DNA of 64,000 bases from the human T2T-CHM13v2.0 reference genome, Homo sapiens, in NCBI RefSeq assembly GCF_009914755.1, contig NC_060933.1, one strand, 5' to 3'. The notes under the pieces are model-generated. The model did not search any database. It saw only the letters and a program-made list of their open reading frames with translations, and was not told the DNA's origin. Positions 31,821 through 44,559 of this stretch are shown here, piece by piece; the stretch's first letter is position 1, and every line of letters begins with the position of its first letter. The position numbers were made by a program, and so were the translations under genes.

Positions 31821-32259
31821 TTTTATAATTTCAACTTTTATTTTAGATTCAGTGGTACATATGTAGGTTTGTTGCATAGGAATATTGCGTGATGCTGAGG
31901 TTTGGGGTATGATTGCTTTCATCACCCAGGTAGTGAGCATAGTACCTAATAGTTTTTCAACCCTCAGCCCTCTCCCTTCCTCCCCCATTTAGTAGTCCCT
32001 CGTGTCTATTGTTGCCATCTTTTTGTCCATGAGTACCCATTGTTTAGTTCCTACTTATAGGCAAGAAAATGCATTATTTGGCTTTCTGTTCCTGCATTAA
32101 TTTGCTTAGGATAATGGCCTTCAGCTGCCTTCATATTGCTGCAGAGGATACGATTTGTTCTTTTTTATGGCTGTGTAGTATTCCATGGTGTATATGTACC
32201 ACATTTTCTTTATCCAATCCACTGTTGATGGGCATCTAGGTTGATTCCATGTCTTTGCT
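31821..32259 (-). mobile_element. 5'-truncated L1PA15/16-type 3' end
   Basis: GATGCTGAGGTTTGGGGTATG...CACCCAGGTAGTGAGCATAGTACC; 17-bp TSD ATTCACAT(A/G)TATTTTAT at 31804-31820 and 32260-32276. Confidence 0.9.
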
Positions 32260-33524
32260 ATTCACATGTATTTTATGGACAAAGAATCTTAGAAGAAATG
32301 TATGAGAGCTAGAGAAAGAGCTCAAACCTTAGTTTAATGTACCTGAGGTTTTGATTCCTATCCTACCACTCTTTAGCTTTGTGACACTGGGCAACTTATG
32401 CCCCAATGCCTGTCAAGGTACTCAGTGTCCAGCCTGATGCCTAGCATACAGTAAACTATCAATAGATAATAAATGAATGAATAAATAGCATGTCTCTGTA
32501 GGAATGTAGTTAATACATGGTCACTCTATTTTGATATTTATCTACTAGAAACAATAAAAGTAGAGTCCCAAAATAGTGCTGGTATACAGTAGGCATACAA
32601 TAAATGATAGATATGTCATTCCACAAATAATGTGGAAAGACCTTTAGAGATCATCTAATTCAACCTTCTCATTTAGCAGGTGAGAATATTGGGGACCAAT
32701 TAGGAGAGCAATTCTTTACCCAGCATCCATTTTATCATATATAATAGCCTTCCGCATTCTTAACTTTGGGTATCTGAAATGTTTTAGTGTAAACACTTAC
32801 AGTAAGACTTCTAAAAATCGATGCTTCTGTTCACTTATGACAGGAATTAGGATATATTCAAATAATCCTCCAAGTACCTTGCTCATTCATGTCAGATGGC
32901 AGAATGTAACTCTTTATAACACTCTGTGGGACATCAAATCTGAGATGATGACTTGAGACTCCACAGGTCTGAGTTACTCTATGTATTGAAGACAATTTCC
33001 GGGGGTTCCCTGGAGGGTAAATCACTCCTTGCTAATTGTCAAGAGTTTTCTCTAAAATGAAGCTCCAGAAAAGCTTCCAAACTTTAAGACCTTAGTGACC
33101 TACCAACAGCCCTGTGGCTTTCACTTATGTTCTGACAGCCCCTATGAAGTGTGGCCAGAAGGAGGGGTGCAGACCACCTGTGAGGGCTGGGCAGGCCACC
33201 TGCAATCTCAGAGTCACTTTCCCAGATTCCCAGATTCTCACTCCCATGTATGCCAAAGTCCAGAAGCATTGTCATTCTAGGGACCATTTAACAATTCATT
33301 CATTCCAGTGTTTGACATCTTACTGAGCATATACTCTGTGCAGGCTCTGTGCTTGGCTCCATACCTACAAAGTCAAGGAAGATATTCCTCTGAACATCAA
33401 GGAGCTTAGAATCTACTGGAAGATACACAAGCAGCAGATGATGTAGTACTCTGTGATCATTTAATGATTCAATAAAAAACTTTTGAGTGACCACTGTGTT
33501 CTAGGCATAGATTCACATACAGAA

Positions 33525-33760
33525 AGGCTGTACAGAATAATGGTCAAACCATAATCTCAATGCCCATGCTGCCTGAATTTGCACCCTAGCTCCACTGTTC
33601 ACTACCTGTGTGACCTTGGACAACTGACTTAACCTCTGTGTGCTGCAGTTTCCTCATTTGTAAAATGGAGATAATAATGCCACCACCCTCCCTCGGTGAT
33701 TGTGATGACTCAGTGCGTTCATATATGTAAAGCCTAGAATAGTCTCCTGGCATATAGCAA
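33525..33760 (+). mobile_element. MIR, near full length
   Basis: TGTGTGACCTTGGACAA...CAGTTTCCTCATTTGTAAAATGGAGATAATAA. Confidence 0.8.
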
Positions 33761-34079
33761 GTCCAGAGTAGGTTTCTGTAGAATTCTAAGCTTCATGAAG
33801 GCAAGGACTTTTGCAGCTAAGTGTTTGTCAAATGGATAAATGAATTTCTGTGGGAGATTTGCCAGCAACATGGCAGGCTAAGCTGGAATTAACTGATTAT
33901 TCTCTATACTTCCAACACATATATGTTGGGCAATATAGAAATAAACACTTACAAAATACATATCTGGGCTCCAAAGAAAGATAAATGTCCAGATACTTCA
34001 AAATCAAAGGAAGAAATCACAGGCAGAGGTTTAAGTGGAAGCTGACACATTAGAAGTCTCAGGAAATGCTGATTATTGT

Positions 34080-34165
34080 AATAGTGGTGGCGGTGATGGT
34101 AGTAGTGATGATGGTGGTAATGCTTATGATGGGGATGATGATGATGAAGATGATGGCTGGATGAA
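34080..34165. repeat. (GAT/GGT)n imperfect trinucleotide repeat
   Basis: GGTGGCGGTGATGGTAGTAGTGATGATGG...GATGATGATGATGAAGATGATG. Confidence 0.8.
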
Positions 34166-35449
34166 GATAAGTCTCAAGAAGAATTACAGGGCACCTTAAG
34201 ATAAGAACAGTGTTCCCAGAATAATTGTTTAAGAAGTCATTCTTTTATGTGTTTTGCCTGTGGCACTCCCATAATTACCAGATAGATCTTGGCCTCCCTG
34301 AAGTTGGAACTACCTATCTTATCACTCCATCTCAGCTGTTCAGGTTCATGAAATGAGCATTGCAATCAGTAAACTGAACCAAGCTTGGGAATTGCTGAGG
34401 CACTATCCTCTTGTTCTGGAACACCTATACATAAAATCAGAGACCCAGAATCTAATGTGTAGAAGAAACATAACATGTCAGCAAGTCAAACTCCCACCCA
34501 GTGGTTCATGTAACTGCTCATCATAGCCACAAAGCTTGCTCAGCCTACCAAGCATTTCTAAGGAAAGTATCCACTTTCACAGGTCTGGTAGAAGAGATTA
34601 ATGTTCTGTTTCCTTTCAGCCTGCAGTAACCTATTGTAGCTCTAGGTTCTTGGGATACCAATCTATAAGGGACGATAAAACATCACTGAAATAAATAGGA
34701 ATATGGTGCCAGCCTACTCAGGTTTCCACATGACTTCTTTAAGTAACTAGCAAAATATGAATTGGAACTGCTGAAACCATACAGACAGCACATTGGAGTA
34801 GAAATTTTAAAAATATTCTTAGCTGGCACTAACCAATACAAGGTGTTTTAGTTCTTTGCATGTGCAAAGTGTACAGTACAACTACTGGATGAGCCACCAA
34901 CTCTGAGGTCAGCTAGCTAATATTCTAAAATTGAATAGTCTACTCCATTTGCAGAATCCATAAATAATTTTTAAAAATCTAGTAATACATAGTGTAGTGT
35001 TGCTCATTGGGAATGAGTGATCCATTTAATTATCTATATCCTAAACCCTTTATTATACTTCCCTCAAAGCTATCTGATTCTGAAAATAAAAATTCCTAGA
35101 TGATTCCAAATAAGTTAAAGGGTTATGCTACATTGAGTAGACATAATAAATCTTTTATTTTTTTTACAAAGAGAGGCACATCATTTTTATAACTATAAAA
35201 TTAGTGTCTCACAGAACCTACTAAATAAATATTTAAAGATTCTCCTTTTCAAAAGCACCACATGTCTCACTTTAGCCCTGGTTCTGTCATTGTAAACACA
35301 CTCCTGTCCCCTGCCTCTGGTCCCCCAAACACTTACACTCATGCTGGCTACCCTCTGAAAGCCAACTTTGCTCCTAGACAATCAGGAATTTCTGAAGGAA
35401 AGGTGGTTATTGGGAGATTTCAGTTCCCCTCCCCACTGTCAGGGGCAGC

Positions 35450-35715
35450 ATAGCATGTTGATTAGGAACCCAAAGTCAAATTTTCTGTGTTCATTTTCTG
35501 GCCCTGAAATAACCATATGACCACTCAATAATCATGTTACCCTAGGTAAGTTACTCAACTTTTCTGTGTCTGCTACCTCATCTATACAACAAGGGTAATA
35601 GTAATAGTGCCTTACTCATAGTGCGCTTTTGAGGGACAATGAGTGAACACCTGGAAAGCTTGAAGGACAATGCTTGGCACATAGAAGCACCCAATAGGTA
35701 TGAGCCATTATTATT
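35450..35715 (+). mobile_element. MIR
   Basis: AAGTTACTCAACT...CTCATCTATA...GCTTGGCACATAGAAGCAC. Confidence 0.65.
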
Positions 35716-36411
35716 CTTGCCACTGTGTCTTCTTCAATTCTGGGCACGTCTTTCCTTCTCTCCACTGTTTCTCAGGTTCACGCCCCCTCCCACCCAAATT
35801 TCTGTCATGATTTGGGGCTGGGGCTATGGAATACAGTAGTAGACATTAGGGAAGATTTCATGAAGGTGATGACATTCAAGCTGAACCATAAAAGATGTCT
35901 TGCTCCTTATTTGAGTGCTTTTCAGAAAATTAGGAAATTAAGAAATTGCATAATCCCCTTGAAATTCTTTATAGGATAATTAGGGCCCCCTCAGCTTCCT
36001 TCTGTATATTATCAGACTGATATATTTAGCGCTCTCTTTCCCTTCCTTTTATGTTACATCTTCCCAACCTTGGTGTTATGCCTTTTATCCTTCAGAGATT
36101 TTCCCCTAACTTTATCTTTTCTGAACTTTCTGAGCCCAAAGGCATGCCATGTGCCAGCTGCAGTAGCACCAGGGCTTAGCAGAACAGGGTAACACATCCA
36201 AATTTTCCTTGAGCTCTCTATTCCTAAAAATATAATTAGCTCTACAGAAACCACACACAAGACTTTATTCAGCTGAAAATAAAATGAAGTGGTTTATTGG
36301 ACCCAAACTGCTTTATATTTGTGCAATTTCTGTCAGTTTCACACATTAATTGTAATTATACTAAGAGAAGAATTATGGGATAACTGTCAAGTGCACAGAC
36401 TGTAAAACTGA

Positions 36412-36545
36412 CAGGGCTGCAGTAGGTTATGCATATTATTCACTGCACAGAGGCAATCAGCTGAGGGGTGAGTGGGGCCTCAAATCTACTCAGAAGAGGC
36501 ACATTTTTCTATTTCCTACAACAGTACCATATGGGCTATAGTGCT
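36412..36545 (+). mobile_element. MER91-type hAT-Tip100 MITE
   Basis: CAGGGCTG...CACTGCACA...GCTGAGGGGTGAGTGGGG...TTTTTCTA...CATATGGGCTA. Confidence 0.6.
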
Positions 36546-36659
36546 TACATACAGGGGGATTGAGTAAATAAGTAAGTATATTAAGGGTAGTGGGGCCCTG
36601 ATTTCTCATTTTCAGAGAAAGGAGCTCTAAATATGAAAAGGGTTTTTATACAGTAATGG

Positions 36660-37078
36660 GGCTATACTCTTCAGAAACATCAATGTCATGAAAGATAAGC
36701 AAAGAGTAAAGAACTGTTTCAGACTAAAATGACTCAATAACTAAATGCAACCCATGATCCTGGGTAGTATCCTGGATCTGTAAAAGACATTCATAGGACA
36801 ATTGGCAGATTTCTAATGCAGTCTATGGATTCCCATGGTTGTACTATGGGTATGTAGGACAATGTCCTTGTTTCTAGAAATACACGTTGAAATATTAAGG
36901 AGTACTCAGGCATCTTGTCTGCAATTTACTCTCAAATGGTTCAAAATAATATATACAAATAGAGAGAGGCAAATGTGACAAAATGCTAAGGACTGGGAAA
37001 TCCAGGTGAAAGTGTATAGGATTTCTTATGCTGTTGTTTAAAATTTCCATAGATATGAAATTATTTCAATTAAAAAGT
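36660..37078 (+). mobile_element. L1ME/L1MC-type 3' end
   Basis: AATGTCATGAAAGA...AACTAAATGCAA...TCTGCAATTTACTCTCAAATGGTTCA...GAAATTATTTC. Confidence 0.7.
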
Positions 37079-37139
37079 GTTTTTTTTTTCTAATTGGTGA
37101 AGACAAATCTTTTTGCTCTGCAGTATTTTTAGACCAAAA

Positions 37140-39020
37140 AGATGACAAGAGAATTCATCACTAGCAAACCTGCACTAAAATAAATACTAAAGGAAATTCC
37201 TCACACAAAAATAAAAATAATTCCTCCAAAACATTGAAATGCAAGAAGAATAAAGAATAATGGAAAGAGTAATTAACATGTTCTAAAACCCTAGCATTGT
37301 CAGAGAAGTGATAAAAGTACTCATTTACATTATACTATAAGTCAAGTTTGCATGTTCTAATTGTTAGGCTAGCTATTAAAGACATAGTAAAAAATATGTA
37401 ACTAACAAATGATAAAGAGGAAAAATGTTATAATAATAATAATAATAATAGAACTTCACTAATCCAAAAACAGAAAGCAAGAAGAATGAAAAACAAACAG
37501 AACAGGTAAGTCAAGTAGAAAATGAATTTTTAAATAACTGTACAAACTAATATACATATTTCTATAAATACTAAATACTATTAAAATACAAAGATTGTCA
37601 AACTGAATAAAAATATAAAACCTAGACAAGCTACATGTGAGTCATTTCTTAGAGACACGGAAATATTGAAAGTAAAAAGATAGTCAAGATCTATCATATA
37701 AACATTAACTAAAATAAAGTTGATATAGGTTTACAAATCAGTAAAGTAAATTTTAAGATAAAAATTATTACCAGAAATAGAGACACCTTTGATAATAATA
37801 TAAGGTTTTATTCACCAGGAAGATATAACAATCTCTAAATTTGTATGCATCTGATAACATAGTTTCAAAATACATAAGGTAAAAATTTATAGAACTAAAA
37901 GTAATAGTTGAATGCACATCAGTGTGAAAAACTTTAACATACTTCTCATAATAATGAGTAGAATAAGCAGGGAGGGAAATCAGTAAGAACAAAGAACACC
38001 AAAGCAATGCAATAAACAAACCTAATCTAATTGATGTTTATAAAACACTGCAAAGAAAGAATAAATGTTCTTTTCAGTGCATAAGGAGCAGTTACTAAAA
38101 TTGACATATACTAAACCACAAAGCAAACCTTAACAAATTTCAAAGGCCTGAAATCTTTTAAAGTCTGTTTTCTGACCACAGTGGAATTAAGCTATACCAG
38201 TTATAAAAAGATGACTCTAAAATTCCCTTATGTTTGGAAATTAGATGATATCATTCTAAATAACCTCTGTGTCAAAGAAGTGATGATACTGGAAATTAGA
38301 ACATATTTTAAATTGAATGGTAGTGATTCTACAGCTTATGAAAGCATGGGAGAAGTTAAAAATGTGCTGAGAGAAAAATAGGTTTAAAAGCTTATATTAG
38401 AAAATAATATGAGCTGAAAATCAATTACCTAAGTATCTACTGCAAGAACTTAGGGACAAAAGCAAAACAAAGTCCAAAAAGGTAGAAGAAAGAGTATAAT
38501 AAAGAAGAAAAATTAATGAAATAGAAAACAAATCTACAACAGAGTCAGTCAAACCAAATGTTGGTTCCTTGAAAAAAAAAAAAGGATAAAATTAATAAAC
38601 TCCTGCAAGACTCACGAAGAAAAAAGAGAGATGGACAAATTTGAAGTATCAGGAATGAAAAAGAAGGCATCACTACAGAATCTACAGAAATTAGGGAAAA
38701 AAAAGAAGATATTATGAAAAATATTGTGAAAATAAATCTGAAACTAAGATGAAACAAATGTCTAGAGCACAACTTTCTGAAAGAGACACCAAAAGAGATC
38801 TGAAATGTGGACATTCTTATTTACATAAAACAAGCTGAATCTGCTATCAAAATCCATCCCACAGAAAAAACTCTAGGCCCTGATGGCTTCGCAGGTGAAT
38901 TATCTTAAACATTTAAGAAAGAAATAATGGTAATGTTATGTACTCTCTTCCTGAGTATAGAAAAAGATATAATGTTTTCTAAATCACTTTGGTGAGGCCA
39001 GCATAACCTTGATACTTTCT
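37140..39020 (+). mobile_element. Old L1M (ORF1 end to ORF2 EN region), degenerate
   Basis: A-rich L1 remnants including TTCTCTGACCACAGTGGAATTAAG (SDH) and AGGCCCTGATGGCTTC (GPDGF). Confidence 0.8.
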
Positions 39021-39499
39021 TACTCTGAAAGTTTTTGAAACAACTGTAAGATATATAAGAGTTAGTAATTTATTGAGAAATCTACAATATGTCAGGAACC
39101 ACTCAGTGCCACTCCAGGAAGCAGCTCCCATCTTTTTTGTTACCCTCATTTTTAGAAAGTTTTTATTAGTATTGATTAAAATATTTTTTGGTAGCTTCCG
39201 TCCACCAGCCCTATTTCTACCCTGAATAGAGGGGGGGAAAGTAATGTGCAAAAGAGTCCACAGATATATTTGCTCCATCTTCAAACTTTACACCATCATC
39301 AACTCTTCAAGGGTGTCAGCTTAGGATACGGAAAGAGTCAGGGTGTCTGTTTTACACATTACTTGAGAAAGATGTAATCTCAGGACCCAGGACAACCTAC
39401 AAGCAAATAACAAGCGTTAAGTAAATATTTGAAGGGAAAAGAGGGAACTCATCAGCCTGCTTCATGCTGTAGGTACTTAACTCTCACATGGTCATCTCT

Positions 39500-40450
39500 T
39501 CTCCAATCCCTGCAGTTGCCTTCAAGCTTTCCCAGCTCTGCTCATCCTACTCATTGCCTGCCTTAGAAGGATGTCTGTAACACACAGATCTGAATATGTC
39601 TTACTTCTGCTGAAAAAGGTCTATATTCCAGGTGTTGTTCCAACCCAAGCCTGCCTACACCCAGGCAGGGGCACAGATACCCTCTAAAAGAGATGGACCT
39701 CCTGGCCACCTTCCCCAACCCCTCCCGGTGGCTGTCCCCAAGGCAGCTCTGGGCCTGCCCCACTGTCTGACCCTTTGAATGGTGGGGCTCCTCATGCTAG
39801 AGGCCTGAGCCTGGCCATGCTGTCATATCCTGGATGCACTCTATGACCCTCTTCCTCTACAATGCACATCTGGGGACCATGTCTCACCCAGTCCTAACGC
39901 CTGAAAATTCACTACAGGCTCAAGCTGTGAATGCTCCACTCACTCAGGAAAAGAATTTGGATAAGAATAGCATGTTAGGCTCATCATAATCTGTCACAAA
40001 TCAGCCTCCTGCCACAGTCCTCAAAAAACCTGTACTTCAGCCACTGGAGAATGCTTGCCACTCCCTCAACAGGTCATGTTCTTTAACATATGCTCTTCCT
40101 TCTGCCTTAAATGCCTCATCTCCTCCTCCCAACAAACAACCTCCTCTCCTCACCCTGTCTGCCTGTGAAACTCCTACTCATCCATCAAGGCCCAGCTCAG
40201 ACTGTGTCTTCTCTCTCCCTGAGCTCCATCAGGATTAAGTAGATTTTGGTGGTTGTGCTGCTTCTTTTCACACCAATCCCATTTTACTCTGACAGGGATA
40301 TATGTCTGCCTCTGCCTGCAGATCAGGGGCTCCAGGAAGATGGGAATGTTGCCCTGTTTAGGGTGATATCCCTAAAGACTAGCTTCTTTAAATACTTTTG
40401 GAATGAACCAAAGCAGGAACTGTGCCATCACTGAATAAATAAATGTGGTG
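39500..40450 (+). mobile_element. Fragmented L2
   Basis: AACTCCTACTCATCCATCAAGGCCCAGCTC and other L2 3' motifs. Confidence 0.5.
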
Positions 40451-41071
40451 GACATTAATAAATTGTCCTTTAATAAATGAATTAATGATGATACTGTTTT
40501 TAGAGGTAGCTTTCATTTGTTACACAATTGAACATCAATACTCACTATCTCTGCCATTGTCAACATGAGACTTGCTTGACTGTTGTATATTGACTGATTG
40601 CTTCACTTATTCATTCATTTACTGAGCCCCTAATATTGCAACACAATGGGCTAGATGCTGAGGATATGGAAGTAAATAAAACAGACCCTGCCTTCATAGA
40701 GCTCAGATTCTCCTAGATCCGATTGTAAAACAATGGAGAAGTGCATTAATAGACATACATTTACGTTTCATTCTTTTCAAAGAAACATACTATTGTTTTA
40801 AAAGTTAATATGCTTGTGATAAATGTTATTCAGTGGCTGGTAACACTATAGAAATTTGGAAGTGGTTCAATCTCTGGCCATTTCATTCTCTGGATGATTT
40901 TAGTTAACACCAAGATCATCAAGCAAGATTTTGCATAATTCTTATTTGAAGCTAAAAATGTGAATGAATTTTCACCTGAAAGAAATGAAGAATCTTTTTC
41001 CAAAAACAGAGATAATTATTAGCCATTTCTGGAGGTGAATTAGCAAAGGATTCATTCTCACATCGTTCTCA

Positions 41072-41185
41072 TCTGTCTGATGGAGATGGAAGGTTTATAT
41101 AGGCTTCACTAGTCCCCATGGCAACAGCCTTTCTCCTGGGTTACCATAGGAATTGTGAAGGCCTTTATAAACCTCCATTAGCAGA
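41072..41185. repeat. Imperfect ~114-bp inverted repeat with paired RFX X-box-like motifs
   Basis: Arms 41086-41125 and 41140-41178 with a 14-nt loop; GTCCCCATGGCAAC and GTTACCATAGGAAT. Confidence 0.85.
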
Positions 41186-41554
41186 GCTTAGGCCGGCAGC
41201 AGTCAGAAATGTCTGCTGGAGAAGACACTGCAAAGTGTCAGTGAGGGCGTTTGAGAATTAATTTTACCCTAGAGTAGCTGCGCAGGTCTGTTTAGCACTC
41301 ACCTCTACAGTTTTGAACATTCGATAACACCAGAATCAGTCTGATGCCTTGAACACTTTACATGAAGGGTTTTTCAAAATCTAGCCACAAACAGATATGA
41401 CCAGATTTCAAAAAATTTTGAGAAACTAGGAGGAATCTATTTTGACAAAGCCAAGCCACACATAGGATAGAGGTAAATTCATGTTATTTTTTCAGGATAG
41501 TAGGTTGAATCCATATTGATAATTAATACAGTGATGGATGGTGTTTACAGTTGC

Positions 41555-41909
41555 TGCTATGGTGTGAATGTGTCTCGCCAAAATTCATATGTTGAAACTT
41601 AATCATCAATGTGATAATATTAAGAGCTGGGCCCTTTAGGAGGTGATTAAGTCATGAGGACAGAGCCCCTGTAAATGGGATTAGTGCCTCTTCCACCATG
41701 TGAGGACATAGCCTTTCCCACTTCCACCATGTGAGGGCACAACAAGGGCACCATCTGTGAAGCAGAGAGCAAGCCTTCACCAGATACTGAATCGACTGGT
41801 GCCTCAGTTTGGACTTCCCAGCCTCCAGAACTGTGAGAAATAAATTTCTATTATTTGTAAATTATGCAGTCTAAAGTATTTTGTTATGGCAGCGCACAGG
41901 ACTAAGACA
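41555..41909 (+). mobile_element. MSTD/MLT1A-type MaLR solo LTR inserted in an old L1 3' end (~41520-42015)
   Basis: TGCTATGG...ACTAAGACA; TSD GTTGC at 41550-41554 and 41910-41914. Confidence 0.9.
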
Positions 41910-42049
41910 GTTGCACAACAATGAGAATCTTTTTAATAGCACTGAACTGTATAACTAAAATTAGTTAAGATAGTACATTCTATGTTATGTTTTTGTACCA
42001 AAATTTAAAAAATGTTTAAATTAATGTAGTTATAATTATGTTACAACTA

Positions 42050-42270
42050 TTATTATCTGCTGAATCCCAGGCACTGTGCTAAGTGCTTGAGATGTTCTAT
42101 GTCATATCATTCCACAAGTCTATGAGTAATTATCTCTCCCTTGAAGATTATTTTTATCTCTACATTGAAGATGAGGAAACTGAGGCTTAAATAAATAAAG
42201 TAACTTGCTCAAGGGTATGCCATTAATAAGTGGTAGAGACGGCAGTCAAGCAAGTCCTGGATTCTTGGCC
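42050..42270 (-). mobile_element. MIR
   Basis: AGATGAGGAAACTGAGGCTTA...AAGTAACTTGCTCAAGG. Confidence 0.8.
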
Positions 42271-43227
42271 CTCAACCTACAACTTCAGCATTAATGCCAC
42301 ATTGTGTAACAGACGATTGATACATTAAAGACACATTCTGTTGAATTGATACAGGAAAGCCCTATTTGAATTCTGTTTAAATGTTTATTGTTTTCTTTTT
42401 TTAAGAACTAGGCGATTATCTCTTAGAGTCCAATTGCAGGAGGACATTCATTTTTGCTCTAACCTTTGAAATATTTTTTACATTATGTATCTTCGGAAAG
42501 CATAAATACATTTCCATCAAAAAAGTTGGGCTGTGTACAGATTAATTACTCTTGACACTTTATTTAGCAATCTATATCCAAAACCAATCACTAAAATTTA
42601 CAGGAGAGTTTTATGTAGACAGAATTGTTTAGAAAAATAAGCTTAAGAATCACAGATAATTTTTAGATACTGGAAAGCCCTTTCTCATCACGGCAAAGAA
42701 AATGATCATTCCAGAAAATGTAAAATGCATGTGGTAATAATTTCCTCTTTGGTTTTTGGTCAAGCTGTATGAAAGAAATAAGCAAAAATGAGAATTTAGG
42801 GGGAAGAAATTCTACAAACCTAGGGAATTTCTTTAGCAGTAGGAAGGAATGCAACAGTAGGAACTGGTTCTTTAGAAATAAGTCTTTGGGGCATGTCATC
42901 AGCGAAGAGACATGTCCTTTTTCCAGGTTTCTTCCGTATGCCAGTCACAGCTGTGAAGGACACTAACTGGGATCCTTCCACCAAGAGCCAAAAATCTGGG
43001 TCCCAGCTCCTGAAGTTTTCAATGATAAAGTAGGCAAATGAAAGAAGGAATTAATCTTTTTCTCTTTGAAGACAAATGGAAAAGAGGATACTAATTAGTA
43101 AGCAATGAAAAATATACCAAATTACATCTACTTTTCTTTATTATTTTGCTTTTGAAGTGCATTTTTTCTAAATATCTGCTGGTGTTTCTGTTTAGCTACT
43201 CTGATCATTTTTTTAAAAAAAAACTGA

Positions 43228-43408
43228 GGGGACTTGAGGAGTTAATGCATGCAGAGTTTCTGTTTCGTGAGATGATAAAGTTCTGAAACTCTATTGCACA
43301 ACAATGTGAATATACCTTATGCTACATAATGTAGCTATTGAACTGTACACTTAAAAATGGTTAAGATGGGAAATTTTGTATTATATTCTTTTTACCACAA
43401 TTTTTAAA
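43228..43408 (+). mobile_element. L1MB-type 3' terminal fragment
   Basis: GAGTTTCTGTTT...TTGCACAACAATGTGAAT...TGAACTGTACACTTAAAAATGGTTAAGATGG. Confidence 0.75.
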
Positions 43409-44099
43409 GTGAAATTGATGACATCGTAGTCTCATCAAATACTACCTAGGAGAGGTCCTAAGTGAAACCCCAAATTGCGTATTTATATAACAACACTTTG
43501 TCTTGTCCTCCAAGCCTAGCCCTTTATCTCTAGCTAGTCCATCCCATACTCCAGTAGGCAATATCCAGAAAGAAAGAGTTTCAGACACTTTTGTCCCCTT
43601 CACAGACAAAACTCAGGACCCTCTTGCCTTGCTCTCATGTTGACTTCACTCCCAATCTGCTTCTATATTCAGTCACTCCCTCTTGCTTTGGCCTGTGCCA
43701 TCATCACGGCCACAACTTCTTTGATCCAGAGTTTTAACTCTCCTCTTGAGGCCCCATGTTGAATTTGCCCTCAGGCTACATCTACTTCTGATCATGCTGC
43801 TTCCTCTGGGCCCAAGTCTCTGAATTCTACCCCAACGTGAGGGCCCATGTTTGCTCACTTCAAAAGCAGAATGCATTGGATATGAAGTTGAAAGACACTA
43901 TCAGCACACTGGACAAAAGAATTATAAAACAACAAGCTAAATGTTCTCAAGAATAAATGTAACACCCTGCTCCTTGATTTCCTAAATAAATTGTTTCAAT
44001 CTGGGATTCAAGTAGCTGTGTCCTGACAGCAAGTAATGTAATATATAGACTTTAGACTTTTACTGACCAATGTCGACAAGTCCAATATTAATTAATAAT

Positions 44100-44490
44100 T
44101 TAAAAAGGCCTCTAAGATGACTAATATGATGTTTAGCTACATGAGAAAGTCAGTAAACTTTTTCTGTAAAGGACCAAACAGTTAATATTTTTAAATTTAC
44201 AGACCATACATTCTCTGTCACAATACTCAATTCTGCCATTGTCTATTGAAAGCAGCCAGAGACAATGTGTGAAAGAATGGGTGTGGCTGTGCTCCAATCA
44301 AACTTTAGTTACACAAACTGGTAGCAGACAGATTTGGCTCATGGGCTATAGTGTGCCAAATCCTGTCTGTATCAATCAAAATACAGAAAAATGAAAGGGA
44401 TTATTATTCTCATTACACCCTGTAGACAACAAGCCATAAGCCAATTCTTGAGTTCATTTCTGGGCTCCAAAACTTTAATTGGCCAGAGAC
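44100..44490 (+). mobile_element. L3/CR1 fragment interrupted by MER58A
   Basis: GAGTTCATTTCTGGGCTCCAAAACTTTAA resembles CR1 VQFWAPHFK; sequence resumes after MER58A. Confidence 0.5.
44143..44365 (-). mobile_element. MER58A hAT MITE
   Basis: GTCAGTAAACTTTTTCTGTAAAGG...GATTTGGCTCATGGGCTATAGTGTGCCAA. Confidence 0.85.
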
Positions 44491-44559
44491 AAGAATAGAG
44501 ACCTCCCTATTGGTCATTAATACACTAACCTGGAACAGTTTTTCAGTCAGCTAAGACTC

